From Lepidodermella squamata (lineage: Eukaryota; Animalia; Gastrotricha), in assembly GCA_047495785.1 (NCBI GenBank), contig JBLDXI010000013.1, positions 992,001-1,056,000 on the forward strand: a stretch of DNA of 64,000 nucleotides, written 5' to 3'. Under the pieces are notes generated by a model. That model saw nothing but the letters and a program-made list of their open reading frames with translations, searched no databases and had not been told where the DNA came from. Position numbers and translations under genes: made by a program. This document shows, piece after piece, positions 39,201 through 55,462 of the stretch (positions are counted from its first letter, which is position 1; each line of letters starts with the position of its first letter).

Positions 39201-41350
39201 CGATCATGATCATGATCATCAACAGCAACTGCACACGCTGTTCTTTTGTCGCGCGTCGTTCGCCGCGTTCCCCTTCACGGCCATCGTCGAGTTTCGCGCT
39301 AATTTTTTATTACTCTTTTTATCATTATTATTAGTATCACTATTATCTTTACTATCGCCATCGCTATACAACAGGCCTTTCGCTGTCCTGTCGTCGACGT
39401 CGCCCTCGTTTCCACCGTCGACTTTCCGATTTACCCCCATCCCAGCCTGTGCGATTTCTCATCTTCACCGCAGACACTTTACGTGAATGTCACCATAGAT
39501 TACTAGCCTAGTCCTTATGAAATTGGACAGTGATCGAATTCAATCTCCTTTCCTGAAATTATTTACCAGAAAAAATGGATGCACGGCAAATTGAGTCGCT
39601 CTTCAAATTTGACCCCTTTGATTCCGAATTTGTCCTACTTTCAAGGTTTATTTACAGGTGTTACGTAATTTATTGACATCCGCCGACTGATTACTAATAA
39701 GGTAACTTGGATAATGTCCGGTTCATCGAAGAGACTAACCGGCGGTGGTTTAGGTACCGACACTGGTTGTAATATCTATAGATACACGTTACTACTATGG
39801 AGGTAAAAAAGGCACGCTGATCGGCTGGGATGCTTTTTATTACACAATGGCAACCCTGCAGACCCGGGCGCTCGAATACGGCTGATCTTCGATTCCATGC
39901 CGCCTAGTAATTTATTATTATTGTTTTGTACAGCTGTACAAATCACCATTACCCGGCGTCCTAATGTTATTGCGAGGTTGAGACATCGCGATATTACTGT
40001 ACAAACGCTATTATTGCGTTATTATTATTACCGTGCCAATGATGGTAACTTGCAACCGTGCTTCCGTTGTATACCAACCCTACGAAATACCGATATCTGC
40101 CTGGCTATGCCTGCGTAGCCGACGAAATCGGGCTGCTTCGCATTCAGTAAAGCCTTTCCCTTCTGCTATATTCTCATACACGGATTAGCGGAGGACGGTG
40201 GTTTTTCTATAGGTATATACGTATATATTATATTAAGGCGGTTGCGCCGCAAGCAAATGCCCATCGTTCACAGCTTCCACACTTTTCACCGTGTTTTAAT
40301 GATAATATTCTCATACGTTGCTCCATCCCAACCGCACTTTTTCTATTGCGCAGTTTATATTTCTTCCGTTTTCTTTTTCAACAATAATATTAGGTATAAC
40401 ATCATGCTATATAGCGCCATGCTATAGCCATATATTCACATTCGGAATGTTCGATATTCATGCATAGGTATACAGGGGTTGTGAATATACACTCATCATA
40501 TTCTGCATGCCTTAATACGCTGCTAGTGACCGGTAGCCATGCGATATAATGGTTGTGAATGTAGTCTGGTCGGCTGGCTTCTAGGTTCTAACCACTGTTA
40601 CTGCTACTGGTTCTTAATGCCTATCCTCGACCGGTCTCTCCTCGAATACTATTAGTTCTAGCCAAGCAAAATGTAGCAACAACAAGCGTAAAAGAATCAA
40701 CAGAAGTGTGCTAAAGCCGCTCGCCCGTTGTGTGATGATGATGCTTTTAATCCATCTTCCTCAGTTCCTCCGCCTCGCATCGATTCCCTGCATTACCTAT
40801 AGTATGGGGCAAAAGAGGTAACCCGTGAAAGCGCAGGAAAACATCGGTCGTCGAAAGGCATTACACCAAATAATAATGATAATTTTCTCCGTCATTTAAG
40901 GCTGACTAAATAATCCTGTATTTGTCATTTTTTCTAGTTTTTAATTAATCTTAATTAATCGGTGTGTTATGCATTCATCAATATTATTTGGCGTCTATTC
41001 GCTAGTCGACGTCCATCTTCATCGTTATTCGTCCTGATTTTCCGGCCTATACGGATATATCGCTGTCGGCACCGTTAGACAGGGTGACACCAGCCGTCCA
41101 TTTCCCGCCCGGTTATCGACAACGAAAATCCATCACAGCCTTGTGGATAGCATTGTTTACTAACCACAATTTTTAGACAGAAATAACGACCATCGCTTAC
41201 AACAATTTCGGCTTTATTACCTTGGAGTAGTCAAGCCGAATTATTTACGCCTCAACCTTCTTGACTTTTACGCAAACCGGAGATACGCTAGCATCTCCTA
41301 TCGTCGAATTTAATTTCGTCGTCGAAAAAAAGCAACCATTGCAATTTAAA
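36300..41350 (+). promoter_or_regulatory. ~5 kb non-coding, microsatellite-rich 5' domain of G-alpha-o (likely UTR exons/introns and enhancers)
   Basis: No credible ORF. Dense (CAT)n, (CGT)n, (AAT)n, (TAT)n and CG-rich tracts; similar composition recurs in the long G-alpha-o intron and 3' region. Regulatory role is inferred. Confidence 0.45.
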
Positions 41351-41351
41351 A

Positions 41352-43846
<2,495 letters not shown>

Positions 43847-46520
43847 ACTATTTTCTTGTTGCTGTACCTATTGAATTCACTTTATAATATGTTAACATAT
43901 TCAAAATTATGAGCGCAGAAAATTTGAATGACTGAAATATCTTATTGATAATTCTTACGTATTTATTTCCTGAATAATCGGCGCAATTTACGATAAACAG
44001 AGCAGCGACTTTCTGTAGACATCGCATCTTCTCTACAATTTTTTCTTCTCATCCGTAATTGTAATGAGCCACATTGCATCTGTGAGATGTTAATATTGGT
44101 AATACGCTTCAAATAGGTGAGTGATATATAGAGAGGAAAGGAAACGCGCAATTGGTATACCTCTCACCTAATTCTAAAAAAGTTAATGTATGATGAGGCC
44201 TTTACTCTCGGTTCTTGAAGGAATTTGACAAGATACCTAACTTTTTTTGGGCGTGTCACATAAGCAGCAATGCGATATAAAGAGTGTTATATAATTAAAT
44301 ATAATTTTAATTAATTTTCTCTTTTACTCGCCATATCGCCACATGTGTAAATGTGCGTAAACCATGCATCAGCAAAAATTTCCCGAAATCTTTTATCTTC
44401 ATCTAAACCTTCCTTCAGATAAATCATAATTGTAGAGTTTGACCTTTTGCGATGATTCTGAAAAACCTCGTACTATAGTGAAATGAATCGCAATGAAGTG
44501 AAATGAATGGTCATTCGGCTGACCAGTCCTTGCACGGGCTGTCTAGCTCTCGGACGCAACGTGACACAATTTTACGAATTTAGCGAGTTACTTGTGCTTT
44601 GTCTATGATACGGAAAATATTCTTACTTGAAATGATTGTAATAACTTACAATCGGTTTATACATACAGCGATGATAGTGCCGTCTGTGGTGGCTCAAATT
44701 TTCATTGTCTATTCTATGCGCGTCTCTTCATCTTCATCTTCTTATTCTTTATTTATGATTTCTATCAATATTTCTAAAATAACTATATTATGAATATTTT
44801 ATTTGTCGAAACCGGCAGAAGAAAGGTTATATAATGTATATATAACACTTGATAGTTTCGAGTTTGAGCATCTTGCAACAAATTTTATTGACGGCGGAAA
44901 TACGACATCAGTCTTATGTCTTGATTTTTGTTTGAGAGAGGGAAACAGCAATATCTTGGACGCCTTTTGAAAAACGAAAGCTATTTCTTTTAAATTTCTT
45001 CATATTGTTGTTGTACTTGTGTACCATGACCATCGCATCTAGTCACCTTTTTAAAAGATAATATCTGGTCATTTTGTTGCGACTTAATCAATCATTGATT
45101 TGTACAAAGAAATCCTAAGATCTCGTCTATAAAATACGCACAATTTTATCTGAAAAAAATCAAGATTGCTCGCTTGCCAGATTTCTCCTGTATTTACTTG
45201 CTAAGCAGAGACAAAATGTGTGGTTCGTCCTGAACTGTATTAAAATTTCGTGGCAAATGACGATTACATGAAAATATTGTCCGCGATCGCTCGCTCTTTT
45301 CCTTATATAGTATCGCTGCTCTCATTATGCTTCGTGTGATCGAGAGACTTAAATACCTGAAAATTTGGCAAATATTTTAACGTTTTGTCGGTGTTCTCAA
45401 TCATATTATATTTATTGGAAAAAAACCATAGCCTCAAAAGCGCAGCCTCTGCTAAAATAACTGTTCTATTTTAGTTAAATTTCCCTTTCTTACTTGCAAC
45501 AACTACGAATACAATTTAAAAACTGCGGTGTCATCGATACACTTTAAACCTACGAAGCAGTCGAGCGTGGTGCAAGTAGCTTCTGCTGGTCAGATAATTT
45601 TCTATTTACGTCTTGAAACCTTCGCGTATCATCAGTGTTTTGATACAACATGAACACCTTATATCATCGTATAAGTGTTCTTACATTCATTATAAAACTG
45701 CCCTTCAGCGTTGAACCGTGCGTTGTAGCTCCGATTATAGCCACTTTGTCATTTAACCGGAAAGTCCTCTCAATCTTGTTCGCTAGGAAAATCTGGATAA
45801 CAGAGCAGGCGCCACTGTTGAATGCTGCGTAATTATCTAATAATTATCTTATGATGGCGATATCTATTGCAATTTTTGTATATCAATTGGACATAAGAAA
45901 CGACTCTCTTATTTTCGACCCTGCGAAAATGCGAGGTCGCCATTATAGTTAACACATTGCTCTCTCTCTCTCTTATCTGAAGACCTTCGGCTGTATCTCG
46001 CTCGGAGATGGAGCGGAAGCTGTTTATTACTTGTTCCGGCTCCGCGAAAGAACGAAGATGCGATGATCTTTTTCAACCGGCACCCGTGCCCACCTGTGAG
46101 AAGTTGGTCAAATTTTTTATCTCTTCATTTTCTCTTTTCTTCTTCTTCTATAATATATCTCTCGCCGCGCCGCCGCCGTCTCTGCTGTTTCGTTTTTATG
46201 TTTTGTCTATTGCGTCTCTCGAAATGTCGAATATCAATGATCAATTTTTCATTGTTCTCTCTAGATTAATTTAAGGTATCGTTGTCGAGCTAATTCTATA
46301 AAAATTGAACTTTTTTGCTTCTTGATAATAATAATAATTTTCATTATTATACAAATCTATCAAATCATGTTCTACGATTATTACAATTGATTATTATAAA
46401 TATACATATATCAATTAAATCATGTATATGTATGCGATAAACTCTGGCGTTCACTATAACTGTTATTAATAAAATTTGGAGCATGTTCGAAAAAGTTTTA
46501 TTCGCCCGTTTTTCATCACC

Positions 46521-47553
46521 TCATCCACACATCACATTTTTAAAGCCAGGAATATCGATTTCATCCTTAACGATAACTTTTGGTTGGCCCATGTTGTGCC
46601 ACATAACGGCTGGAGATTCGGTTCGTGCAAAAGTCTGAACTGGTAATTGTGGGCGCTTCTTAAATTTCCGTGATTTAGGTCTCGATTTTGCTGACTTGGG
46701 GCGTTTTTTGTTGCCGAAGAAATCGAATTGATTGTCGTGTTTAGCTTTAGCTTCAGCAGCTTCTTGCTCCCGAACGGTGCAGGCCTCGCAATTAGGCCTT
46801 GTTGGCGTAAATTGACGCAGTTTCGACGGTGCCGGGGACTCCGATCGTTTTTTATCCGAGTGGTCTCCCAGAGGTAAACTCTCATAGCCATTTTCCCACT
46901 CCAGTTCAACTGTGCGCTTTTCTGCATGGATAATTTGAACGAATCTGGAGAGAAATCTGTAGTCTTCTGGCTTCGTCAGCATCTCCTTCAATTGACGCGA
47001 CATGGAATAGATAGATTGCCCCATATGTGGAACCACGTTCTTTAAAAATTAAAATAATGTTTTAAAAGGCTGTAATTATAATAACTATGCGTCAACTTGC
47101 ATATTTATCCATGATCAGTTCATTTTCAGGGAAATCAATTGCGACCTTAGAGCGCCCATCAGTTATCGCTTTGTCGGTTTGTCTCTTCCACAGAGGCTCT
47201 ACGTCGAGTACGGGCCGAGGCATTTTTGTACCACTCGTGCTCATAATTATTGCCATTGATTTTTCGAGCAGCAATCTCGTTTCTTCATCATCGGCCAAGT
47301 CAGCTTCCTCTGCATCCAAGTCTTTCTGAACCTTTTTGATCACCGGAACTATGGGAACCTTCAGCTTTTCTATTGTAATTGCATCGCTGTTGGTCGCTGT
47401 TCCTACGTTCCGGCGGCCATCAGCAAATGTGAAGTTAGGGTCATAGTCACACGTCTCATCATCGTCAGAGAGGAAAACTGGAAGCCCTCGGCTGTTCAAT
47501 CTTATTGCGTTTCTTGAGATCGGCCTAGATGGCGGTGGTTCCTCACCCAGGAC
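46521..47553 (-). CDS. Uncharacterised protein (3' exons; 5' end unresolved)
   Basis: Two long adjacent minus-strand ORFs (47092-47703, 46521-47036) separated by a ~55 nt AT-rich intron-like gap. No recognised domain. Confidence 0.5.
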
Positions 47554-48252
47554 TATTAGGCATCTTGAACTTGAGCTTCGAGTGCAAAGAGGTATGAAAA
47601 CGGGTGCCGTAGGTGGATAGTAACCTGAGTGAAGTTTAATTCGTTCCACTCTAGCTTGGCAGCATTCCTTTTTTGTAATAGACAGAACAACACAATTACC
47701 CAAACAGCTGATGTCTTTTTGGAAGAGCTATAAAGAGAGACCCCGCAACTTATGAAGTATTGCAAAATCTCGTCCCATATAGCTAGAAATTCGGCTTAGG
47801 TAGTATTGATCATTCCTGATTATCGATTTAGTACAAAATTCAAAGATTTCAGACATAGAGAATAGGCAACTTTATTCTCTATGATTTCAGGTTAAAAAAA
47901 ACGTCTCAAGAAATCAGAATCTTACTGAGAAAATTTATAAGAGAAACTAATAAAATTTCGAGCCACAATTGGTTTGAATGAAACCATCAAAGCGGCTTTG
48001 GGAAGTGGGGTTCTTTGACATGCCGTAATAACGTGAAGTGACCTATCAAACGTCGAAAATGGTAATGTAGAGACCGCATTATTAGGGTAGGGTACCGTTT
48101 TATACCATGGAGAAAGGGCAATCTGAAAATTGCTTATGAACTTCCATTTTTGATTAGGCGGCTTTCATTGAACAGTCACAGAGAATGGAAATTTTCCAAA
48201 ATTGTCCCATAACTTCGGAAATGGGGTTTATTGACACATTCATTGTACACAT

Positions 48253-48453
48253 TCAGGCTGGCCTTTTGGGGTTATACAACGGCACCCCGCTCATTGGGCC
48301 ACCTTCGATGTTCGAAAAGCCAAAGCCTAACATGCCAAAGTCCCATTTTGGCATGTTAAAGTAACCCCACTGCCGAAGTGAACAATGCAAATTTTTCTTT
48401 AGCCTCATCCACTGGTTCGTAGTCGGCTTGTGAAAAAGTATGCCCAACGTCAC
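48253..48453 (-). CDS. Possible exon of a small uncharacterised gene
   Basis: Protein-like frame LFHKPTTNQWMRLKKNLHCSLRQWGYFNMPKWDFG...PKRPA*. I could not build a full model. Confidence 0.2.
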   Translation of the reverse strand: MTLGILFHKPTTNQWMRLKKNLHCSLRQWGYFNMPKWDFGMLGFGFSNIEGGPMSGVPLYNPKRPA

Positions 48454-49959
48454 CTCATTTAATTGAATTTAATCCCCTAATTTTTGTCGAGTTGTTTTAG
48501 GCTAGAAATGTCCGGGTTTCTCATCAGGTATTCTGGCATTGGCATGTGTATTTTAAAATTTTACTGTTGATATTGTCGACTTCTCCAGCTGCTTTATTGG
48601 ATTAATGACGACAGGCTGTTGTTTCGGTCGTCCTCTGAAGTGAGCTGAACTGACGCGCAGTGACACGTCCAAATCGCTGAGGTGCGTGGGAAGCTCAACA
48701 GTATTGCAAATGTACATTTTCGCTAATTTTTAGTACCACCTTTGGATAAAATCAGTATATTACGCGATAGAAACCTGTGAACGCCCGCCGACATCTCTCG
48801 TAAATACGTATTTTCAACGAAAAGCTGCGCGTTGTCAGGGCACACTACGACCGCTCATTCATCGGCAAACTAATCCTTCATTATACAAAAGGTGCGTCGG
48901 GTTTCTTCTATACACGCACCGACTGAAGTGCGACTTATCCTGAAAAGCGACAGGAAGAGGAATTTCAGTGCCGTAATTGAGGTTTTATTTCCAAGAATTT
49001 CCATTATTTTAAGGTATTACTTATCTCAACCTACAGCGATAACTCATTTAATAAGTAAATAATTAATAGCTTCAAATACAGAAATTCCAACCAGAACAAT
49101 GTTATGAGATAAACTTCATTCAATATTATTTCTGAGAAAACTTAACAAATAAATCAAGCTTAAATCCAAGTTAACATTTCAATTTCACCAAAGTGCGTTC
49201 ATTGCCTTCAAGAGATAAGCACGTACTTGATAGCCAATTTGACGTAAGTGGTAGCCAATAGATGCCTAGTTGCAGAAACAAATGCAGTTAAACATTTAGA
49301 AGCTTTCGAATTCACGAGAAAGAAGTAGCACAACATACGGAAACTACGTTAGGCGAGAAAAAGTAGCCTGAAAGATAGCAAGAAAGGGAATCATCATGCG
49401 TTGAGAGAACGAATTAGACGAGGACGGCAGTATAATTTATCAAAATTAATCACGTGTCCGACCAGATTTCGAAGAGCAATCACGAGAAAAACCGGCAATC
49501 AGTTCGTTCAAAGAAGAAAAACAAAACAACGACTTTGTTCCGCGAGCTATTCATCGGGATTGCTCTAAAACAATCGCTAGCAAGGTGAATGCCATATATA
49601 AATGCATAACACATTCACACCGAGTCGTGAAGCCTTTAGCACGCACATCGCGAAAGAGAAAAATAAAAAGGTGATGCGTTACAAATATAATATATGACAC
49701 GACCTGTTTGTTCTCATCTTTAAAAAATTAGCAAACCGACAACGTGAAAGGATGCTAACTAGGAATTTCAGCATAGAGGCAATTATTTATGCATTTCGAG
49801 TCTGAATGTTGTTCAATGAAGTTTATTAGAAAATTTTATAACAAGATCGTAAAAGATTTTTTATGACTGCTACTACGGAAACAAGTCGCCAAGACATTTG
49901 ATAAATCAGAAGCTAATGTTTTATCCTTCAACCGCCTCGTATCACTCACTAATTCTCGC

Positions 49960-51940
49960 TCAGGGATGGTTGTGAGGCGGAGTTTCAGGTCCAACACCCT
50001 GCAGAGTAAAGGCAGGGCCTTTCATGTTTCTCATCATTTCATCTATTTCATCTTGGTCCGGATCGTCCTCCACGTCGCTCTCGTCGACTGGAAGCCTCCG
50101 AATCAACTCAATGATGAACCTCTCCATATCTTTAGCACGCTTGCGAGCTGTGTCCAACACCTCGATGTGATTTGGTTCTCGATGATCGTCGAAGTCGACG
50201 ACGCACTTGTTTGTGATCAGCGACATGCCGAAACAACGCATTCCGCAATGAAGGGCGGTAACTACCTCAGGAACAGTACTCATACCTGGATAAATATATT
50301 ACGGTTTACATTAAAACATTATAATAGGCAAGTCCGAAAATGTGTCGAAATTGATCGAGCCGATGAAAACCGATCAATAACGTCTGAGTGCACACACAAC
50401 TCATGTATTCAGTCGATATAACTCAATCAAAAAGTAAAATGAGTCGTAATAAATGAGGCGTCTATCGCGCTGGCATTATTATTAGCTAGTTTGCCCGAGA
50501 AAAGGACAGTTTTCAAAAACATACCGCAAGCATCGGCTCCCAAAATTTGGAACATTCGGCATTCAGCAACAGTTTCAAAGCAAGGGCCAGCTTGGCAAAT
50601 ATAGACACCTTCCCTGACCTTGACATTAAAAATAGAGAGTAATCAGCATTGCCACCTGTTACGAGAACGAAAACTCACGAATTTTTCCATTTCGAATTCT
50701 TTCGATATGGCTTTCGCCATGTCCCTCAACTCCTTATCATAGGCTTTGTTCATTGGCGGGAAGCGAGGACCGAATCTGATAAAAATATCAAATTTAATCT
50801 TATCTCCACGACCCCAGTAAACAGTAAACAAACCGGTCATCATTGGGGCCAACCAACGGGCCTAATCCAGCGAACTGGGGCAGGTTGATGTGGTCTTTGA
50901 TAATCATGAAATCTCCGACTTCGTAATTGCTGTTCAAGCCTCCTGCAGCGTTTGTTACTATCAGCGTATGACAGCCAAGTAGTTTGAGTATTCGAACAGG
51001 TATCGCCAGCTAAAAGTAAACGCGATTGAATGAGCGAAATAATTAAAGAACAAATTTACCAGAGTGGTGGGATATCCTTCGTACATGTGACAGCGCCCTT
51101 GCATACAAACCACTTCCTTTCCACCCAATCTTCCAAATATTAGCTTCCCTTCATGGCCTTTTACAGTTGACACAGGAAAGTATCGTATTTCGTTATACGA
51201 TATAGTGTCTTTATGCTCTATGCAATTTCCAAGCCCTCCAAGACCTGTTAATGACATGTATAAACCACCAGGCGAATAGCCGACAAAGGTTATTACCTGA
51301 CCCCAGTACGATACCAATTTCCGGACGGGTTGAAGTTCGCAACAATAGATTCGCTGCAATAGCTTGTAGCTCGTCATGTGTGATGGGCAAGAGACTGTAA
51401 ATTGAAACATCGTATCAACGGCAACGTGAAATTAAAATTTAAATACGGGACTAGTTCTACTGGACGAATTTGGTATAAGTATTAGTGCATTCAGCACAGC
51501 AAACAAAAGATCATGCGGTGAGTCAAGAGTATGATTATAGGCGGTTGTATATCTAGACACTGACATGACAATAACTCCTATAACTATATCTGATGAAAAA
51601 CTTACTCAGCTTTGAGTTGAGGACTAAAAGTTGTTGTAATTACAAATGAATTAGGCATATGAACTCATTAGTCAAAAAATTAAACTGTAATAAATCCAAT
51701 GCGTTAAGCGTTTTTTCAAAAGATTGAATGATTTTAGGCTCTACTTGGAAAATATGAGAAATTCCTTTTGACTATGGTTTAACGCATTATATTTTTTCAC
51801 AGTGTGAAATTGCTCTTAAGAACTTACGTTGGAGTCGTAGCCCAGTCACAATGAGGAAGCCCCATGAGCGATTGAGTTCTTGACGGAGTTGGCGATGGTG
51901 AGGGGCTGAGGCCTGGCAGCGTCCACGGAGATGCGGTCAT
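49960..51940 (-). CDS. PNP: Purine nucleoside phosphorylase (trimeric PNP), multi-exon
   Basis: [10 protein letters not shown]|[86 protein letters not shown]. Exon 1 (ATG 51940) joins exon 2 in frame. Confidence 0.94.
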
Positions 51941-53569
51941 TTTTGGAAAGAGCGAGTTGAATCAAAAGTTATTGAATTAAGAGATAAGCGCCTATTTTAG
52001 AATTGCACATCAGTATAAAATGATTAAACACTGTGGCATGGACAGAAGCATCCTTGCGTCGACTGTCGTCAATGAAACATAGCATCTTTTATTGAAGAAG
52101 ACTTCGTCGGGTCTTGATGCCGAAAAACGATCAAGTCAATTTTGAAGATTCAAGCTGATAGCTGCGTGATTATTTTTTGGAAGTTGGAAGCAAGTGGCAA
52201 TAAGCAATATGACGCGGCGTTACAAGCTATGAGCAGAGAATAAATGGTTCACCATTCACCACTTTATACCGCAGAAGATTTGAGCTGATCAGGTGGTAAC
52301 ACATTGTTCAGCAGTGATCCAAAATATGACCGAAGCAGAAAATTAGGTTTTCGTGAGAGTAAACATTCCTGGGCGCATGTTAGTAGCTAGTCTCTTTGCG
52401 TCCCATGCTGTTATAATATAGTCTCCTCTGAAATGTTATGCTTACCGATTTATTACTAGCTTGTTAATAATTAATTCAACTGGGTTAACAGCAATAAAAC
52501 ACATTGTATTGTATCACGGACATTACGTATACACCAAGTATCGCGTAAGGAGCGCTGAAGACTCTTGCGACTTGCGATGTACGAATTCGCCACGCTGATC
52601 ACTCTTGCGGACAATATATCTTGTCTCTGAGATCTGAGAGGCTACCTTCTAGCTTGCACAGCACGAAAATCAATGCGCTGAACGCTGAATGAGCGCTGAA
52701 GAAGTAAGACTAGAGCGACTCTTGAAGTCAATGGGGTCAAGGCCGGTTATTTGACCCTATGGTTACTTTGTTACATAAAAGTGGGCTCAAGAATCAAGAA
52801 GCCACCGGTCGTCAGTCGTCAAGAAGACTTTGAGACGATAAGCTGGAAGGGAATTCAGAATACCTGGCGATTGATGGATGAAAAATGACATCTGAGATAA
52901 TTTTAAAACTATTCTGTACTGAACCGCAACCGCAAACCGCAAATCGCACATGATGCAATGCTGACCATTTTACTTGCGGTCTGACCAATAAGCAATGCTG
53001 CTTCTGACTTTGAAATCGGCCCACTTTCGGTTTTTTTGGCTTTCGTCCAAGAGGTGTGGCAAAAGTTTTGTTTCGTGATCACTGTATTTAAAATTATTCC
53101 GTAAAGCCAAAAAATCCGAGACAAATTATAAAAAATAATATGCGTCGAATCCATTTACGTTTTGTTTGAGCGGGGCGATGCGTTTTTGGCTTTAGGGGTT
53201 TTGGGTTTTGGACAATAATCTCTTCAGGAAGCCCATCCAGAGCCCAAGTTTAACCTGCTTCCTGTCAACTACAGTTGTACGATGCTTTTCTTTCTTATAC
53301 ACTACTAATTCTGATGATATTGTATTTTGATTGATGCAGGATGCAGAATGCAGGCTATAGATTCGAGCTAAAGTATGTGTGATCTGTTGCTTTACTGAAA
53401 ACCACATATTAAGCTCCTTTCGCATCTCGCATCTGAGATTTTTGACTAGTAGTTAGTGGTTTTAGTGTAAAAACTGAAGCTGTCATTTATTGCTTTAATT
53501 ACGTTCGTTCTTCGCGTTACTGGGCCATGGGCCATCGCTTTTCAGCATTACCTACTTCAACACCAAGTT

Positions 53570-53609
53570 TAGTTATTGAGTTATTTAGTTATTTAGTTAT
53601 TTAGTTATT
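53570..53609. repeat. Short tandem repeat of 8-bp unit AGTTATTT (~5 copies)
   Basis: tagttattgagttatttagttatttagttatttagttattg abuts and overlaps the left arm of the long palindrome. Confidence 0.85.
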
Positions 53610-53790
53610 GAAAATACGCTATCAATAAGAAAAACAAACCTAAAAAGTATACGAATGCAATTCAAGTCTCTAATAAATATCGATGTAAGCATCGAGAGAT
53701 TCGATGCTTACATCGATATTTATTAGAGACTTGAATTGCATTCGTATACTTTTTAGGTTTGTTTTTCTTATTGATAGCGTATTTTCAATA
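53606..53790. repeat. Perfect inverted repeat: 90-bp arms, 5-nt loop
   Basis: 53606-53695 is the exact reverse complement of 53701-53790 (checked base by base); loop GAGAT. Confidence 0.97.
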
Positions 53791-53811
53791 GCGCTATCGG
53801 CCGTCAAATAC

Positions 53812-55462
53812 ATGACTCGTCAATCTGTAATCGTTCAAATCTGTCGCGGACTTTCCTTTAAAGTTAATATACCGATACATGGTCCTTTGAGGAGGACACT
53901 CATAACAGATGTCGCCGCTGAAATCGCTCGCCTTACTCCATCGCAGGTTTGTAATCATCTGCCGAATTCACATTTCAATTATCATATTTTTTACCTATCC
54001 AAGGTTTCAGCGATCCTTCGCAAAAGGGAAGCATCTCAAGTCATGTCTAATCACCCCTTAATCAAGCGAATTGATGTCAATCAACTACCAGCGAACAATC
54101 CAATCGAAGATTCTTATAATGCGGCTATTCTTCCTGCCACCAATGATGTTCTAGTGGGAGTTTACGATGGACACGGTGGCCCCGCTTGTAGCCACACAGT
54201 ATCTCATCGTCTCTTTCATTACGTTGCAGCCGAATTGCTATCTAAAGCAGGAATTGATCAGCACATGCATGCGGTAGAAAAGTCAGACCAACCTGTTGAC
54301 TTGGTATCCACCCTAGCTGACCTCATGTTGCCTGTTAGTCAGCAGCATGCGCATGCACATGGAAGTTTCATGGACTTGCTCTTCAAAAACAGCTTGGAGC
54401 TCTACATAAACGAGCTCAGTAAGAAGCAAAGTCACCAACACGACATTCGTCACGCGCTAGAAAATGCGTTCACTCGCTTGGATTCCGATATTCAATCAGA
54501 GCCTGTGAAGAATAATTGGTTGGTCGACGCACTTTCAGCAGCGTTCAGTGGTTCAACCGCGTGCCTTGCTTATATTGAGGTAATCTATTGGATAATTTCG
54601 CGTTCGCAGCACATTCTCAGAGCAATATTTTTATAGCAAGGTAAAGGCCGTCTTCATGTAGCTAATGTCGGCGACTCGAGAGCCGTCATTGGGCGGCGAG
54701 ATCCGGCCACTGGACAATGGAGAGCTATCCCACTTTCCAAAGAGCACAACGCCGAAAACCTCGATGAAGTTCGTCGGATCTACGGTGAACACCCTGCAAG
54801 TGAGAAATCAACAGTGATCCGCGATGGAAGGCTGCTGGGGTCATTGGCTCCTTTCCGGTGGGTTTATCGGCTTTTTCTGTAATTTCAATTAATTGTCTTC
54901 CTGTAATTGCAGCGCATTTGGAGATGTTCACTTCAAATGGCCCATCGAAACTTTGCAGAAGTTGGCCGAAGCCCAACGCTCTCAGCGATCAAGAACGCAA
55001 GATAACAGTTTTGGCCTATATCGTCTCAAAAATTACCTCACACCTCCTTATCTGACGGCTAAACCTGAGATTGCGACTCATAATATCCGACGCGGCGAAG
55101 ATGCGTTCTTAATCTTGGCTTCGGATGGTCTTTGGGAATGGGTGGATGCGCAGAAAGCTGTTCAATTCGTTGGCGAGCACTGCTCTGCATCTGAAGTCAA
55201 GGACGAATTCGAGCCGCCGAAAAACATAACTTTGAAAGATTTACACGGTCTATTGCAGCAAAGAGCTGAGGCGATTAAAAATCGCACTCAAGATACCAAC
55301 AGCGCGACTCACTTGATCAGGGCTGCCCTTGGCTGGTCATTGGAGGCAGGTGGAGCGATTCGCCACATCAAATTGTCAAACATACTCTCCGTGTCGGGCA
55401 ATCCTAGACAGTATCGTGACGACATCTCTGTCGCAGTTTTGTTCTTCAAAATGGGTCATTGA
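53812..55462 (+). CDS. PDP1: Mitochondrial pyruvate dehydrogenase phosphatase catalytic subunit (PP2C family), 4 exons
   Basis: NQLPANNPIED, GVYDGHGGPACS, AFSGSTAC, LHVANVGDSRA, RLLGSLAPFR|AFGDVHFKW, YLTPPYLTAKPE, FLILASDGLWE, NSATHLIR, YRDDISV. Confidence 0.93.

Noticed and set aside
36898-40427. Numerous 60-150 aa ORFs with poly-His, poly-Arg or poly-Ile runs
   Set aside because: They are translations of microsatellite-rich non-coding DNA with no coherent exon structure or homology.
52560-53430. Possible small minus-strand gene between PNP and PDP1
   Set aside because: Exon-like pieces and splice-like sites exist, but I could not join them into a stop-free, recognisable protein.
53704-53811. 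N-terminal extension of PDP1 in the ORF track (MLTSIFIRD...)
   Set aside because: It derives from the palindrome arm and contains splice-like signals. ATG 53812 gives a plausible mitochondrial targeting peptide.
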